Under the pieces are notes generated by a model that was not told where the DNA came from, searched no databases, and was given only the letters and a program-made list of their open reading frames with translations. From Bacteroidota bacterium (GTDB taxonomy: Bacteria; Bacteroidota; Bacteroidia; Chitinophagales; Chitinophagaceae): a DNA stretch of 64,000 nucleotides. The stretch spans positions 506,582-570,581 of the forward strand of contig JAZKCS010000002.1 in assembly GCA_040387955.1 (NCBI GenBank), given 5' to 3'. The position numbers and the translations under genes were made by a program. This document shows positions 23,350-33,844 of the stretch, piece after piece. Positions within the stretch are counted from its first letter, which is position 1; the number at the start of each line of letters is the position of its first letter.

Positions 23350-25467
23350 TTATCTTATAATAACCAACACTCCTTTTTTTAATTTTTGACCACTGGCTCC
23401 AAATATGTAAGACGCAAACCATGTGAAGGAAGCGTTTGCAGTTAGTTTTCCGTTCAGGTTTCCATTCCATCTTTTTCTTGGGTCATTGGTAGTGAACATC
23501 AACTCTCCCCAACGATTATAAATAGATAAAGTATAATTACTTACGGCATTCAAATTTCCGACAGGGCCATATTGTTCATTTAACCCATCACCGTTTGGGG
23601 AAAAAACAGAAGGGAAATAAATATCAACACAATTTTGTACAACGTTTACTAAAATTGTATCCGAAGAAATACATGCGTCATTGTTTGTGAGTTGAACCCA
23701 ATATTTTCCTGTTCGATCTGCACTAAATGTAGCTGCAGTAGAATTATCCTGCCACACATAATTCCCTTGTACTGCGGGAGATAAAATAACTTTTTCTCCT
23801 GTGCAAATAGTAGTATCCTTTCCTAAAAATATTTTAGTTGGAGTACCGGTGTTAACGATCCTGATCTCAGGAATAGCGGTTATACAGCCTGCATTATCTT
23901 TTAGTTCTATTGCATATCTGCCTGCTTTTATATTTGAGGCTATTGCATTTGTGCTAACAGATGGCGACCATGTATATTGATAGGTAGATGTGCTGCCGGA
24001 AGGAAATAAATTAATACTACCATTTGGTAAATTACAGGTTGTATTATTAGAGGAATAGGTAACAGTTGTTTTAGGAGGTTCATTAATAGTAACCGCTGCT
24101 ATACTTGTACAACCATTGCCATCTTTTACTGTAAAAATATAATTTCCTGCTTTTAAATTGATGGCGTTTATTGTTGTTTGAACAGGGTTTGTATTCCAAC
24201 TATAAGTGATTGGATCTACACCGCCTGTTACAGCAGCTGTTGCAGTGCCATTTTGCTCTCCATTACATATCACATCGGTTTTACTTTCAATCATTACATT
24301 GGGAGGAATTACATTAATAATTTCAACAAAAAAAATATCTGTACATAATGAGTTATCCGTTACCGTTATATTATAAGTTCCTGCAGTTAATCCGGTAGCT
24401 GACGAAGTGTTGCTTACATTCGGCGACCAGCTAAATGTATATGGACCAGTGCCCCCCGTTTCTGTAATGTTGATAGAACCTGTTGTAGCTACACAACCGG
24501 GATTAATAGATGTTACAGTATGTGCTAAAGCTGCAGGGGCTGAAAGAGTTACAGACAATTTTTCTGTACATACATTTGGCGCAGACACAGTTACTGTGTA
24601 TGTTCCTGCAGAAAGGTTTGTTGCAGTAGCATCTGTCTGTACAGGATTGGTATTCCAACTATATGAAAAAGGTCCTGCAGCGCCTGTTGCATTTACAGTT
24701 ACTTCGCCGTTATTATTTCCATTGCATTTGATAGGTGTTATTATTGTTGATGTAAGTGACATTGCTGCCGGCGCTTCACTTACTCCAAAATCATCTATGG
24801 CGACACCCTCATAATTATTTTGTTGGGAACCTGATGCAAAAACAAAACGGAAAATGACATTAGTTTTCCCGACAAGAGCAGGTATTGCTTTTTTTGCCGT
24901 TACCCATCCTCCACTACTGCCGGTCCACCCATTTGCTGATTGCATTAATCCTTGTAAAAATCTGACCGATGAAGTATTGAACCAATTTTCATTTAAGCAA
25001 TCTTTGGGATCAACTATTGAACCTACATCTTTCCACGAACTCCCGTTATCCAAAGAATATTGAAAACCTGTACCATCCCAACCTGATTCGGACTCCCAGA
25101 TTATATTAAATGTTATGAGAGGCTTTTGTAAAGAGGAAAGATCATAACATGGGCTTTGTATCCAAGAAGCTTCATTGCCATTGTAAGATCCACCCGTTAA
25201 TCCGCCAACCACCCAAGCGTTATTACCCGAATATGCTGAATTAATTATTGACTTTTCTGGTCTGCCCCATTCCCAATCACTATTGTTGCCACGTATGATC
25301 CAGCCTCCGTTCGTTGCTTCAAAATCTTCTGTAAAGGGAAAAGTTGATATAGTGCTACTACATTGTGCATTAGCACAAATATGAAGAACCACAGCGGTAC
25401 AAATCAGGAAGAAACATTTAATAAACTTTTTCAACAACACTTTATTAGGTCTGTAAAAATATACCAA
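23350..25467 (-). CDS. T9SS type B (gliding-motility CHU_C-type) C-terminal sorting domain protein with N-terminal MAM-like domain and SprB/HYR-like Ig repeats
   Basis: The C-terminus reads FPSVFSPNGDGLNEQY...YNRWGELMF. The body contains repeated C..NG....V.VSGG..PYTYSW modules. The start is uncertain: TTG at 25467, or GTG/TTG at 25440/25437/25434, which give a cleaner signal peptide. Confidence 0.85.
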   Translation of the reverse strand: MVYFYRPNKVLLKKFIKCFFLICTAVVLHICANAQCSSTISTFPFTEDFEATNGGWIIRGNNSDWEWGRPEKSIINSAYSGNNAWVVGGLTGGSYNGNEASWIQSPCYDLSSLQKPLITFNIIWESESGWDGTGFQYSLDNGSSWKDVGSIVDPKDCLNENWFNTSSVRFLQGLMQSANGWTGSSGGWVTAKKAIPALVGKTNVIFRFVFASGSQQNNYEGVAIDDFGVSEAPAAMSLTSTIITPIKCNGNNNGEVTVNATGAAGPFSYSWNTNPVQTDATATNLSAGTYTVTVSAPNVCTEKLSVTLSAPAALAHTVTSINPGCVATTGSINITETGGTGPYTFSWSPNVSNTSSATGLTAGTYNITVTDNSLCTDIFFVEIINVIPPNVMIESKTDVICNGEQNGTATAAVTGGVDPITYSWNTNPVQTTINAINLKAGNYIFTVKDGNGCTSIAAVTINEPPKTTVTYSSNNTTCNLPNGSINLFPSGSTSTYQYTWSPSVSTNAIASNIKAGRYAIELKDNAGCITAIPEIRIVNTGTPTKIFLGKDTTICTGEKVILSPAVQGNYVWQDNSTAATFSADRTGKYWVQLTNNDACISSDTILVNVVQNCVDIYFPSVFSPNGDGLNEQYGPVGNLNAVSNYTLSIYNRWGELMFTTNDPRKRWNGNLNGKLTANASFTWFASYIFGASGQKLKKGVLVIIR

Positions 25468-25513
25468 TTATACTTTCTAAGAGTTACCGAGGGTAAATTA
25501 AGCAGCCTTAATA

Positions 25514-25546
25514 AATAAAAAACCGATGCAGAAGTTCTACATCGGT
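25514..25546 (-). terminator. intrinsic terminator of asnS
   Basis: The stem is ACCGATG / CATCGGT, with a T-run on the minus strand. Confidence 0.65.
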
Positions 25547-25566
25547 CTTATAATCAATTAGTATCA

Positions 25567-27009
25567 TTAAAATTCGGCACTCTTAGGGTATCTCGGAAAA
25601 GGAATTACATCTCTTATATTACCCATACCTGTTACAAATTGTACAAGTCTTTCAAAGCCAAGCCCAAAACCAGCATGCGGACAAGCTCCAAAACGACGGG
25701 TATCTAAATAAAAACTCATTTCCTCTGTTGGAATATGCATTTCATTCATACGTTCCATAAGCTTATCCAATCGTTCTTCTCTCTGAGAGCCCCCAACAAT
25801 TTCGCCTATACCGGGTGCAAGAATGTCCATTGCAGCTACAGTTTTTCCATCTTCATTCTGGCGCATGTAAAATGCTTTGATGTCCTTTGGATAATTTGTA
25901 AGTATCACTGGTTTTTGAAAATGTTTTTCAACAAGATATCTTTCATGTTCACTCTGAAGATCAATACCCCAATCATCAATTAAATATTGAAATTTCTTTT
26001 TCTTATTATGATTGCTGTTTTTTAAAATTTCAAATGCTTCTGTGTAGGTTAATCTTTCAAAATTATTATTAACAACAAAATTTAGTTTATCTATCAATCC
26101 CATTTCACTTCTATCAGCCTGTGGTTTGGATTTTTCTTCTTCTTCTAAACGTTGTGCTAAAAACTCAAGATCTTCTTTATTGTTTTTCATTGCATAGCTG
26201 ATAACATACTTAATAAAATCTTCAGCAAGATTCATGTTATCTTCAAGATCATTAAAAGCAACTTCCGGTTCTATCATCCAGAATTCTGCCAAATGCCTTG
26301 TAGTATTACTATTTTCCGCTCTGAAGGTTGGGCCGAATGTATAAATTTCACTGAAAGCCATTGCCGCTAGTTCACCTTCTAATTGCCCACTAACAGTAAG
26401 GTTGGTGCTTTTTCCAAAAAAATCTTCTTTGAAATTTATTGAACCATCTTCATTTTTTGGAGCAGTACCATCTATAGGTAAAGTAGTTACCCTGAACATT
26501 TCTCCTGCTCCTTCAGCATCACTTGCAGTAATGATCGGCGTATGTAAATAAACGAATCCTCTATCATTAAAAAATTGATGTACTGCAAATGCTAACGCAT
26601 GGCGTACACGAAAAACCGCACTGAAAGTATTTGTCCTGAAACGTAAGTGAGCAATCTCTCTTAAAAATTCAAGGCTATGTTTTTTAGGTTGCAATGGAAA
26701 TTTTTCTGCGTCGCTATCTCCTAAAATTTCAATAGAGCTGGCTTTCAATTCTACTTTTTGTCCTTTACCCAAAGAAGGAACTACTTCACCCACAGCTTTG
26801 ATACATGCTCCGGTAGTGATGCGTTTCAAAATTGAATCATCAAAACTGCCAAGTGCAGCCACAACCTGGATATTATTATTGGTACTGCCATCATTCAATG
26901 CAATGAACTGATTGTTACGAAAAGTTCGTACCCATCCCATTACTGTTGCTTCGTAATTGGCATTATCGCTAGCCAATAATTCTTTGATCTTGATCCTTTT
27001 GTTAAACAT
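25567..27009 (-). CDS. asnS: asparagine--tRNA ligase
   Basis: It has class IIb motifs ([38 protein letters not shown]). I take the start at [11 protein letters not shown]. Confidence 0.95.
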   Translation of the reverse strand: MFNKRIKIKELLASDNANYEATVMGWVRTFRNNQFIALNDGSTNNNIQVVAALGSFDDSILKRITTGACIKAVGEVVPSLGKGQKVELKASSIEILGDSDAEKFPLQPKKHSLEFLREIAHLRFRTNTFSAVFRVRHALAFAVHQFFNDRGFVYLHTPIITASDAEGAGEMFRVTTLPIDGTAPKNEDGSINFKEDFFGKSTNLTVSGQLEGELAAMAFSEIYTFGPTFRAENSNTTRHLAEFWMIEPEVAFNDLEDNMNLAEDFIKYVISYAMKNNKEDLEFLAQRLEEEEKSKPQADRSEMGLIDKLNFVVNNNFERLTYTEAFEILKNSNHNKKKKFQYLIDDWGIDLQSEHERYLVEKHFQKPVILTNYPKDIKAFYMRQNEDGKTVAAMDILAPGIGEIVGGSQREERLDKLMERMNEMHIPTEEMSFYLDTRRFGACPHAGFGLGFERLVQFVTGMGNIRDVIPFPRYPKSAEF

Positions 27010-27028
27010 AAACCATTGTTTGAGGCTG

Positions 27029-27036
27029 CAAATATA
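27029..27036 (-). promoter_or_regulatory. Bacteroidota sigmaA-type -7 box TATATTTG (TAnnTTTG)
   Basis: It lies about 20 nt upstream of the asnS ATG. Confidence 0.5.
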
Positions 27037-27059
27037 CAATATTGTCTTTAGCTGCTTTT

Positions 27060-28847
27060 TTACTGCTCTTCATAAATATCTCCCTGGGCAGCAAGGATTT
27101 CCCTGTATTTGGCAAAAAGTTTTGTCTTAGAAATAAATCCTACAAATTTTTTGTCATTATTTAATACCGGTAAATACCAGCTTTGTGAAGTGTCAAATTT
27201 TTCCATGACAGAGTGCATATTTTCATCTTCACGTAAAATAGCTGATGGCTTTTTCATTAGTGATCTAACAGATAGCTTACTAAATTTTTCAGGATGAAAA
27301 ATTTTCTGTTTGATATCATTCAATTCCACAATGCCGATAAATTTGCCTTTTGCATCTTCTATTGCAAAAATATTTTTCTCACTACGTTTTATTATTTCGA
27401 TAAGATCTTTCAATTGTTTATCAAAAGAAATACTTTCATAAGTGTCCTGCAATAAACTATCAAGCTGAATGGATGTAAGAATGTTTTTTTCCTTTTTATG
27501 AGTAAAGATCTGTCCATCTAAAGCCAATTGTTTTATTTCCATAGAATATGGATTATAGGTTTTGGCAATAAAAAAAGAAATAGAAGAAACGATCATCAAC
27601 GGAATAAATAATTCATAGCCATTGGTAATCTCAGCAATTAAAAAGATGGCTGTTAATGGGCAATACATTACGCCACTTAATACACCAGCCATACCCACTA
27701 GACTAAAATTACTGGTGGGGATCTTTATCCATGGCATAGCATTGATGAGTTTTGCAAATAAGAATCCAAGGTATGAGCCGGTAAATAATGAAGGAGCAAA
27801 GTTTCCACTGTTACCGCCGCTACCAATTGTTATCGCTGCAGCAATGGGTTTAAATAAAATGATCATTGCAGTGAATGCAAGTATACTATAGTTGTCTCCA
27901 AGTTTTGAAAACAATGTAGTATTATCATCGAAAGAAGTAAAAGTTTCATTGGCAATAGATTTAACACTATCATACCCTTCACCAAAAAGCGGAGGGAAAA
28001 CAAAAAACAGGCATAACAGCAAAAGCCCGCCGATAAAAGCTTTCAAATAAGCATTTATTTTCCAACCATGTATACGGTGTTCTGTTTTTTTAAAGGCTCT
28101 TGCATAATAAAGGGAAACAAATCCGGCCAATATTCCAAGTAAGATGTAAAATGGGACGTTCGTATAATCGAAACTTTGTTTCAAAACAAAATTGAAAAGA
28201 ACAGATTCGTGTAAGATTATTTTAGAGCACAATGCACCAACAACAGATGAAATGATCAATGGAATAAAATAGCTCACAATCGTTTCCGTTAGTAATATTT
28301 CAATAGCAAAAATGACACCAGCGATAGGGGCATTAAACACAGCTGAAATACCAGTTGCTGCACCGCATGCAATTAGTAAAGTTCTTTCCTGGTAATTAAG
28401 ATCACTGATCCTTGCAAGATTAGATCCGACAGCAGAACCTGTTGCAACGATTGGGGCCTCTAATCCACCAGAGCCGCCAAGACCAACAGTAAAAGAACTT
28501 GTAATAACATGAGCATAGGTATGCTTTAACGGAATAAAGGATGATTTGCCTGCGATAGATTTTAATACCATTCCAATTCCTTTCTCAAGCGTTTGTCCGT
28601 AAAATCGTTTAATGATAAAGACAGTAATGATCAAACCGATAGTCGGGAAAAGTAAATACGCAAAATTATTAAGCGGCATTGCTTCGATCCAATTCTTGAG
28701 ATTATGTACCAGGGTTTTTAAAAGTACTGCCACAAGCCCTGAAACAAAGCCGGTCAATGTTGCAATAAGCATTATGTATTGCACCCGGCTTAATTTTATC
28801 CTTATAAAGTGAATTATATTTTGATAAAGTAATTTTATTGGTCTCAA
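27060..28847 (-). CDS. ClC-family voltage-gated chloride channel / H+-Cl- antiporter with C-terminal CBS pair
   Basis: It has the motifs GSGGLEAP (GSGIP-like), [16 protein letters not shown] and [10 protein letters not shown], plus C-terminal CBS-like repeats. Confidence 0.9.
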   Translation of the reverse strand: MRPIKLLYQNIIHFIRIKLSRVQYIMLIATLTGFVSGLVAVLLKTLVHNLKNWIEAMPLNNFAYLLFPTIGLIITVFIIKRFYGQTLEKGIGMVLKSIAGKSSFIPLKHTYAHVITSSFTVGLGGSGGLEAPIVATGSAVGSNLARISDLNYQERTLLIACGAATGISAVFNAPIAGVIFAIEILLTETIVSYFIPLIISSVVGALCSKIILHESVLFNFVLKQSFDYTNVPFYILLGILAGFVSLYYARAFKKTEHRIHGWKINAYLKAFIGGLLLLCLFFVFPPLFGEGYDSVKSIANETFTSFDDNTTLFSKLGDNYSILAFTAMIILFKPIAAAITIGSGGNSGNFAPSLFTGSYLGFLFAKLINAMPWIKIPTSNFSLVGMAGVLSGVMYCPLTAIFLIAEITNGYELFIPLMIVSSISFFIAKTYNPYSMEIKQLALDGQIFTHKKEKNILTSIQLDSLLQDTYESISFDKQLKDLIEIIKRSEKNIFAIEDAKGKFIGIVELNDIKQKIFHPEKFSKLSVRSLMKKPSAILREDENMHSVMEKFDTSQSWYLPVLNNDKKFVGFISKTKLFAKYREILAAQGDIYEEQ

Positions 28848-28945
28848 TAGAAAAAGTATTGCTGAAGGTCTGCAAAAATAAGCTTCTTTATTATTGAACC
28901 ATTAATGACTTGCTTGGACTGTCACTTTAAAATCTATCTTTAACT

Positions 28946-29929
28946 ATGAAAATTGCTTTTTTTTCTGCTAAATCCTACGACAAAGAATTTTTTAACTTGT
29001 TTAATACAACACAGGAAATTATTTACTTTGAAGCACCACTAAATGAACAGACTGTAAATCTTTCGAAAGGATGTAATGCTGTTTGCGTATTTGTGAATGA
29101 CAAATTAAATAAAGCAGTAATTGACGCATTAAAAAAGGAAGGTGTACAATTAATTGCGTTGAGATGTGCAGGCTTTAATAATGTGGATCTTAATGCTGCT
29201 AAGGCGAATGGTATAGTTGTAGCAAGGGTTCCAGCCTATTCTCCTCATGCAGTGGCAGAGCATGCAGCAGCCCTTATTCTAACGCTAAATCGAAAAACAC
29301 ATAAAGCATATAACCGGGTAAGAGAAGGTAATTTTTCTTTAGATAGGTTAACAGGATTTGATTTGTTTGGAAAGACGATCGGAGTGATAGGAACCGGTAA
29401 GATCGGCACTGTTTTTTGCCAGATCATGTTAGGCTTTGGCTGTAAAGTATTAGCATTCGATCTGATCGCTAACCGGCAATTAGAAGAAAAAGGGGTTACC
29501 TATTTACCATTATTAGATATTCTACCCCAAGCTGATATTATTTCACTTCATTGCCCACTTACAGAACAAACCAAACACATCATTAATAAGCAAACCATTG
29601 AAATGATGAAGGATGGTGTAATGTTGATCAATACCAGCCGCGGCGCATTGATAGAAGCGATTGATACTATCGGGGCTTTGAAAACAGGTAAGATCGGGTA
29701 TTTGGGATTAGATGTTTATGAGCAGGAAGAAACCTTATTTTTTAATGACCTTTCTGAGAATGTGATACAGGATGACCTGATCATGCGTTTACTTAGTTTT
29801 CCTAATGTACTGATCACTTCTCACCAAGGATTTTTTACAGAAGAAGCGCTAACACAGATAGCACAGACTACATTGAACAATATAAATGTTTTTGAAACAA
29901 AAGAACCCCTTACAAATACCGTTGTATAG
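28946..29929 (+). CDS. ldhA: D-isomer-specific 2-hydroxyacid dehydrogenase (D-lactate dehydrogenase-like)
   Basis: It has the NAD fold GVIGTGKIG and a catalytic R/E/H region (NTSRGALI, SHQGFFT). The substrate is not certain. Confidence 0.8.
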   Translation: MKIAFFSAKSYDKEFFNLFNTTQEIIYFEAPLNEQTVNLSKGCNAVCVFVNDKLNKAVIDALKKEGVQLIALRCAGFNNVDLNAAKANGIVVARVPAYSPHAVAEHAAALILTLNRKTHKAYNRVREGNFSLDRLTGFDLFGKTIGVIGTGKIGTVFCQIMLGFGCKVLAFDLIANRQLEEKGVTYLPLLDILPQADIISLHCPLTEQTKHIINKQTIEMMKDGVMLINTSRGALIEAIDTIGALKTGKIGYLGLDVYEQEETLFFNDLSENVIQDDLIMRLLSFPNVLITSHQGFFTEEALTQIAQTTLNNINVFETKEPLTNTVV

Positions 29930-30135
29930 CCGTGTTAATTAGCATTGCCATAAAAAATAAAAAAATTTGCATTTATCTCAAAACATCGTAATATTGTAGT
30001 GGAATAAGGCTGATAACTAGTATCCAATTCATTTTACTGCCATCAGATAGTCACATTCCATCAACATATAATTCTCAATACACAATTTTCAGATTTTTAA
30101 GAGCGGATTTTTGAAGACATTATTTTCAACTTTTT

Positions 30136-31749
30136 ATGTACGATATTTTACAACTGAATGACATGGTTGTTCCTGAATTGCTGGACATTGCCGAGCAATT
30201 AAACATTCCAAATTTTAAAAAATTAGATAAACAAGATCTTGTATACAAGATACTTGATAAACAAGCTATTATGAACGCAGCTATTAAAAACGACGAAGGC
30301 GATAAGCCAAAACGTAAACGCATTATTAAAACAACAACTGCCAACAGTTCTGAAGAGGCAGAAGTAATGCAGGAAAAGGCTAAGCCTGAGCCTAAACCGG
30401 TTAAAAAAGAACATGCAAAGAAGCCCGTTAAAAAGGACGAAGAAGAAGAATTGGACGAAGAAGATCTTCAGCCAATAACAAGTGAGCAAAGTATTGTACC
30501 GGCAGCCATAGCTTCTCTTTTACAGGAAGAAGATATTCAGCAACCTGAAGCAATTCCTACTGATGATAATGGCCGTCAATATACACCTAAGCCGAACCAG
30601 CTAAGAAGAGACCCACAGGTTTTCAATATAGAATTTGATGGTATTATTTTAGGAGAAGGTGTGTTAGAAATGATGCCTGACGGGTATGGCTTTTTAAGAA
30701 GTAGTGATTACAATTATTTATCTTCTCCCGATGATATTTATGTATCTCCATCTCAAATAAAATTATTCGGTTTAAAGACAGGTGATACTGTTTACGGAAG
30801 TGTTCGTCCACCGAAAGAAGGTGAAAAATATTTTGCTTTACTAAAAGTAGAAACGATCAATGGTAAAAGTCCGGATGAAGTTAGAGACAGAGTTCCTTTC
30901 GATTACCTGACACCGTTATTCCCTTTCGAAAAATTAAATTTATCTACCACTTCAAGCAATTACAGCACAAGGATAATGGATCTGTTTACCCCAATTGGTA
31001 AAGGGCAGCGTGGATTGATAGTAGCACAACCGAAGACGGGTAAGACAATGTTGTTGAAAGAGTTAGCGAATGCGATCGCAGAAAATCATCCTGAATGTTA
31101 TTTGATGATCGTGTTAGTAGACGAAAGACCGGAAGAGGTTACAGATATGGAACGTAGTGTAAAAGCAGAAGTTATTGCAAGTACGTTTGATGAACCTGCA
31201 GAAAAACATGTAAAAGTTTCTACCATTGCTCTACAAAAAGCAAAACGGTTGGTAGAATGCGGACATGATGTGGTTATTTTATTAGATAGTATAACTCGTT
31301 TGGCAAGAGCACATAATACTGTTGCGCCTTCAAGTGGTAAAGTATTATCTGGTGGTGTAGAAGCAAATGCAATGCAAAAACCAAAACAATTCTTTGGCGC
31401 TGCTCGTAAAATAGAAAACGGCGGATCGCTTACGATCATTGCTACAGCGTTGGTAGATACAGGTAGTAAAATGGATGAGGTGATCTTTGAAGAATTTAAA
31501 GGTACCGGTAACATGGAATTACAATTAGATAGAAAATTATCTAACCGTCGTATCTATCCTGCAATTGATATTGTTGCATCGTCTACACGTAGAGATGACC
31601 TGTTATTAGATAAGGATACCTTCCAGCGTATGTGGGTATTGCGTAAGCACATGGCCGATATGAATACAGAAGAGGCTATCAATACATTATTGAAAAATAT
31701 GAAGGGAACTAAGGATAATATTGAATTCCTTACTTCTATGAATGGATAA
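30136..31749 (+). CDS. rho: transcription termination factor Rho with a large N-terminal insertion
   Basis: It has the Rho N-terminal helix bundle, an RNA-binding OB fold ([15 protein letters not shown]), Walker A (AQPKTGKT), and Q- and R-loops. It is 537 aa, compared with 419 aa in E. coli. Confidence 0.95.
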   Translation: MYDILQLNDMVVPELLDIAEQLNIPNFKKLDKQDLVYKILDKQAIMNAAIKNDEGDKPKRKRIIKTTTANSSEEAEVMQEKAKPEPKPVKKEHAKKPVKKDEEEELDEEDLQPITSEQSIVPAAIASLLQEEDIQQPEAIPTDDNGRQYTPKPNQLRRDPQVFNIEFDGIILGEGVLEMMPDGYGFLRSSDYNYLSSPDDIYVSPSQIKLFGLKTGDTVYGSVRPPKEGEKYFALLKVETINGKSPDEVRDRVPFDYLTPLFPFEKLNLSTTSSNYSTRIMDLFTPIGKGQRGLIVAQPKTGKTMLLKELANAIAENHPECYLMIVLVDERPEEVTDMERSVKAEVIASTFDEPAEKHVKVSTIALQKAKRLVECGHDVVILLDSITRLARAHNTVAPSSGKVLSGGVEANAMQKPKQFFGAARKIENGGSLTIIATALVDTGSKMDEVIFEEFKGTGNMELQLDRKLSNRRIYPAIDIVASSTRRDDLLLDKDTFQRMWVLRKHMADMNTEEAINTLLKNMKGTKDNIEFLTSMNG

Positions 31750-31770
31750 TATTTGATCTTTAAAAACGTT

Positions 31771-31799
31771 AAGCTGCTGAGGTTTCAGCAGCTTTTTTT
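31771..31799 (+). terminator. intrinsic terminator of rho
   Basis: The stem is AAGCTGCTGA-ggt-TCAGCAGCTT, followed by TTTTTT. Confidence 0.75.
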
Positions 31800-31886
31800 A
31801 TTTTAACAATACCACAAGATTAAACATTGCAGTAATTTTTAACATCACCAAAAATCTAGGTAAATTTGCGCCAGTTAACCATTGAT

Positions 31887-33059
31887 ATGAAAAAATACTT
31901 AATAATTGTCTTCCTCTTTTTATTGGCTCCATTCCATAAAATGCTTGCACAGGATGTAAAAGATATCGCAGGAGTATGGAAAGGAACTATCTATAATGAT
32001 ACTACTCAAAAGCATTATCCTTACCAGATCGTAATAAGCGAAGATGGAGGTAAGCTTTCCGGATATTCTTATACAGTATATGATATTGATGGTAAACCTG
32101 AAGTAGGGGTAAGAAAAATAAAAATTAAGAGAAAGGCGAACCAACTTACAATTGAGGATGATGCGCTTATTTATAATGATTACACCGAAGCTCCACCAAA
32201 AGGTGTTCGTAAAATAAGTATTGTAAATATCAATGTGCAGGATACATTAATGACTATAGCCGGCGAATGGCATTCTAACCGGACAAAAAAATATTTACCA
32301 CTTTCGGGCACATTACAAGTGCAAAAAAAATACGATTACAAGCCAACAGAATTATTTAAAAAACTGGAAGAGCTAAAACTTGATAACGCTCTTTCGTTTA
32401 CACCAAAACCTGAAAAAGCTACACCGAAAGAAGATGTGGTAGTGATATCGAAAACTGTTTCTGAGAAAAAAGTAAGAGAAACTGTTGCAAAGGAAAAAAT
32501 AAAAGATACACCGGTAGTTGCGGCTGTAAAACCTAAAAAAGAAAAAAAGGAAAAGGAAATTGTTGTAAAAGAAAAGAAGAGAGACACACCTGTAGTTGCA
32601 ACTATAAAACCTAAACCAGAGAAGAAAGCAAAAGAAGTTGCTGTAAAAGAAAAAAAAGTAGAAGTGCCTGTTAAGCCTGTTGTGATACCTCCGGCAAATG
32701 AAATTGCTAAAAGAAAAATTGTTACTATGCAGGAAGTGTTCTACAAATCCGATAGTCTCACGCTGACCTTATATGACAACGGAGATGTGGATGGAGATGT
32801 GGTAACACTTTTGGCAAACGGTGAAATTATTTTTGCAAAAGCACCACTAACTACACAGCCTACACGAAAAACGATCTATATCAATAAGTCTACACCAGAC
32901 TCTTTATTATTATTGATGTTTGCTGAGAACCTTGGTAGCATTCCTCCTAATACTGGGTTACTCGTAGTGAATGATGGTAATGATGTTTACGAAGTAAGGT
33001 TCAGCGCCGATCTGCAAACCAATGCCGGTATCATATTGAGAAGAAGGAAGAATAATTGA
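31887..33059 (+). CDS. hypothetical secreted protein with Lys-rich tandem repeats
   Basis: It has a signal peptide (MKKYLIIVFLFLLAPF), central KEK/PVV repeats, and a conserved-looking C-terminal domain that I cannot name. Confidence 0.6.
   Translation: MKKYLIIVFLFLLAPFHKMLAQDVKDIAGVWKGTIYNDTTQKHYPYQIVISEDGGKLSGYSYTVYDIDGKPEVGVRKIKIKRKANQLTIEDDALIYNDYTEAPPKGVRKISIVNINVQDTLMTIAGEWHSNRTKKYLPLSGTLQVQKKYDYKPTELFKKLEELKLDNALSFTPKPEKATPKEDVVVISKTVSEKKVRETVAKEKIKDTPVVAAVKPKKEKKEKEIVVKEKKRDTPVVATIKPKPEKKAKEVAVKEKKVEVPVKPVVIPPANEIAKRKIVTMQEVFYKSDSLTLTLYDNGDVDGDVVTLLANGEIIFAKAPLTTQPTRKTIYINKSTPDSLLLLMFAENLGSIPPNTGLLVVNDGNDVYEVRFSADLQTNAGIILRRRKNN
32484..32685 (+). repeat. imperfect tandem repeat inside the CDS (units of 78 and 75 nt plus a partial third)
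   Basis: The units read VAKEKIKDTPVVAAVKPKKEKKEKEI, VVKEKKRDTPVVATIKPKPEKKAKE and VAVKEKKVEVPVKPVV. The repeat is visible at both DNA and protein level. Confidence 0.7.
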
Positions 33060-33065
33060 TCTGAC

Positions 33066-33296
33066 TTATAAAAGCTTATCGATAGCTTTTGCAAGTGCAT
33101 GATCTTTTTCTGTTACAATATCTCCGGCATCATGCGTACTTAGCCATATCTCAACTTTATTATACACGTTCGTCCATAACGGATGATGATTAGCTTTTTC
33201 CGCTTCAATGGCCACCCTTGTCATAAAAGCAAATGCTTCAGAAAAATTTTTGAATTCGATCTTTCTGTAAAGCGTATTATTTTCTTCGGTCCACAT
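33066..33296 (-). CDS. phhB: 4a-hydroxytetrahydrobiopterin (pterin-4-alpha-carbinolamine) dehydratase
   Basis: The signature reads [36 protein letters not shown]. Confidence 0.85.
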   Translation of the reverse strand: MWTEENNTLYRKIEFKNFSEAFAFMTRVAIEAEKANHHPLWTNVYNKVEIWLSTHDAGDIVTEKDHALAKAIDKLL

Positions 33297-33298
33297 CG

Positions 33299-33730
33299 TT
33301 ATAAAATTAAATGTTGTTTATGTTTGATCTGCTCGTTGGTCATCTCTACAACGAGTTGTACTCCAGGCAATGACTTAATAGATTGCAACAAAGGTGCCAA
33401 CTCTCCATGATCAAAATCTCCCTTAATCAGCCACAAAAAATCCAGGTGTTTGAATTCGGGCAGGAGGTATTCACCGTCAAACTGGTTATTATATAAATAG
33501 TGTGTAAGGGCTACAGAAGTAAGATTGTATTCATAAACTGAAAAAAAATAGGTCCGTTTTTTTTTAGTAAGCTGAATTTCCAGTTCATTATTTATCCTGA
33601 AATTAAACCCCAGCATATTGTTCAGGTGCCAGCAAAGCAAATAATCCTTTACAGGCGCTACAATACCTAATAATACAGATTCTTCAAAGAATTCCTCTGC
33701 CAGTGCGTCGTTGTCTATTTTTAATTTCAT
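33299..33730 (-). CDS. IPExxxVDY-family protein (Bacteroidota-specific, unknown function)
   Basis: [25 protein letters not shown] and [13 protein letters not shown] correspond to the family's named motif. I take the start at MKLKIDN. Confidence 0.55.
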   Translation of the reverse strand: MKLKIDNDALAEEFFEESVLLGIVAPVKDYLLCWHLNNMLGFNFRINNELEIQLTKKKRTYFFSVYEYNLTSVALTHYLYNNQFDGEYLLPEFKHLDFLWLIKGDFDHGELAPLLQSIKSLPGVQLVVEMTNEQIKHKQHLIL

Positions 33731-33823
33731 TAAATAAATTGCTGCTCTGTAAAGGTAATACGATTCATTCTTAAAATATATAACCATGTTTCCTAAATCG
33801 TAATTGCAAACAGTTAATTAGGG

Positions 33824-33831
33824 CTAAATTT
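33824..33831 (+). promoter_or_regulatory. sigmaA-type -7 box TAAATTTG
   Basis: It lies 14 nt upstream of the feoB TTG start. Confidence 0.5.
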
Positions 33832-33844
33832 GCAGCCATAAATT

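Noticed and set aside
33788-33844. A Fur box upstream of feoB.
   Set aside because: No match to the GATAATGATAATCATTATC-type palindrome was found in the 57-nt gap. Only a TAAATTTG -7 box is evident.
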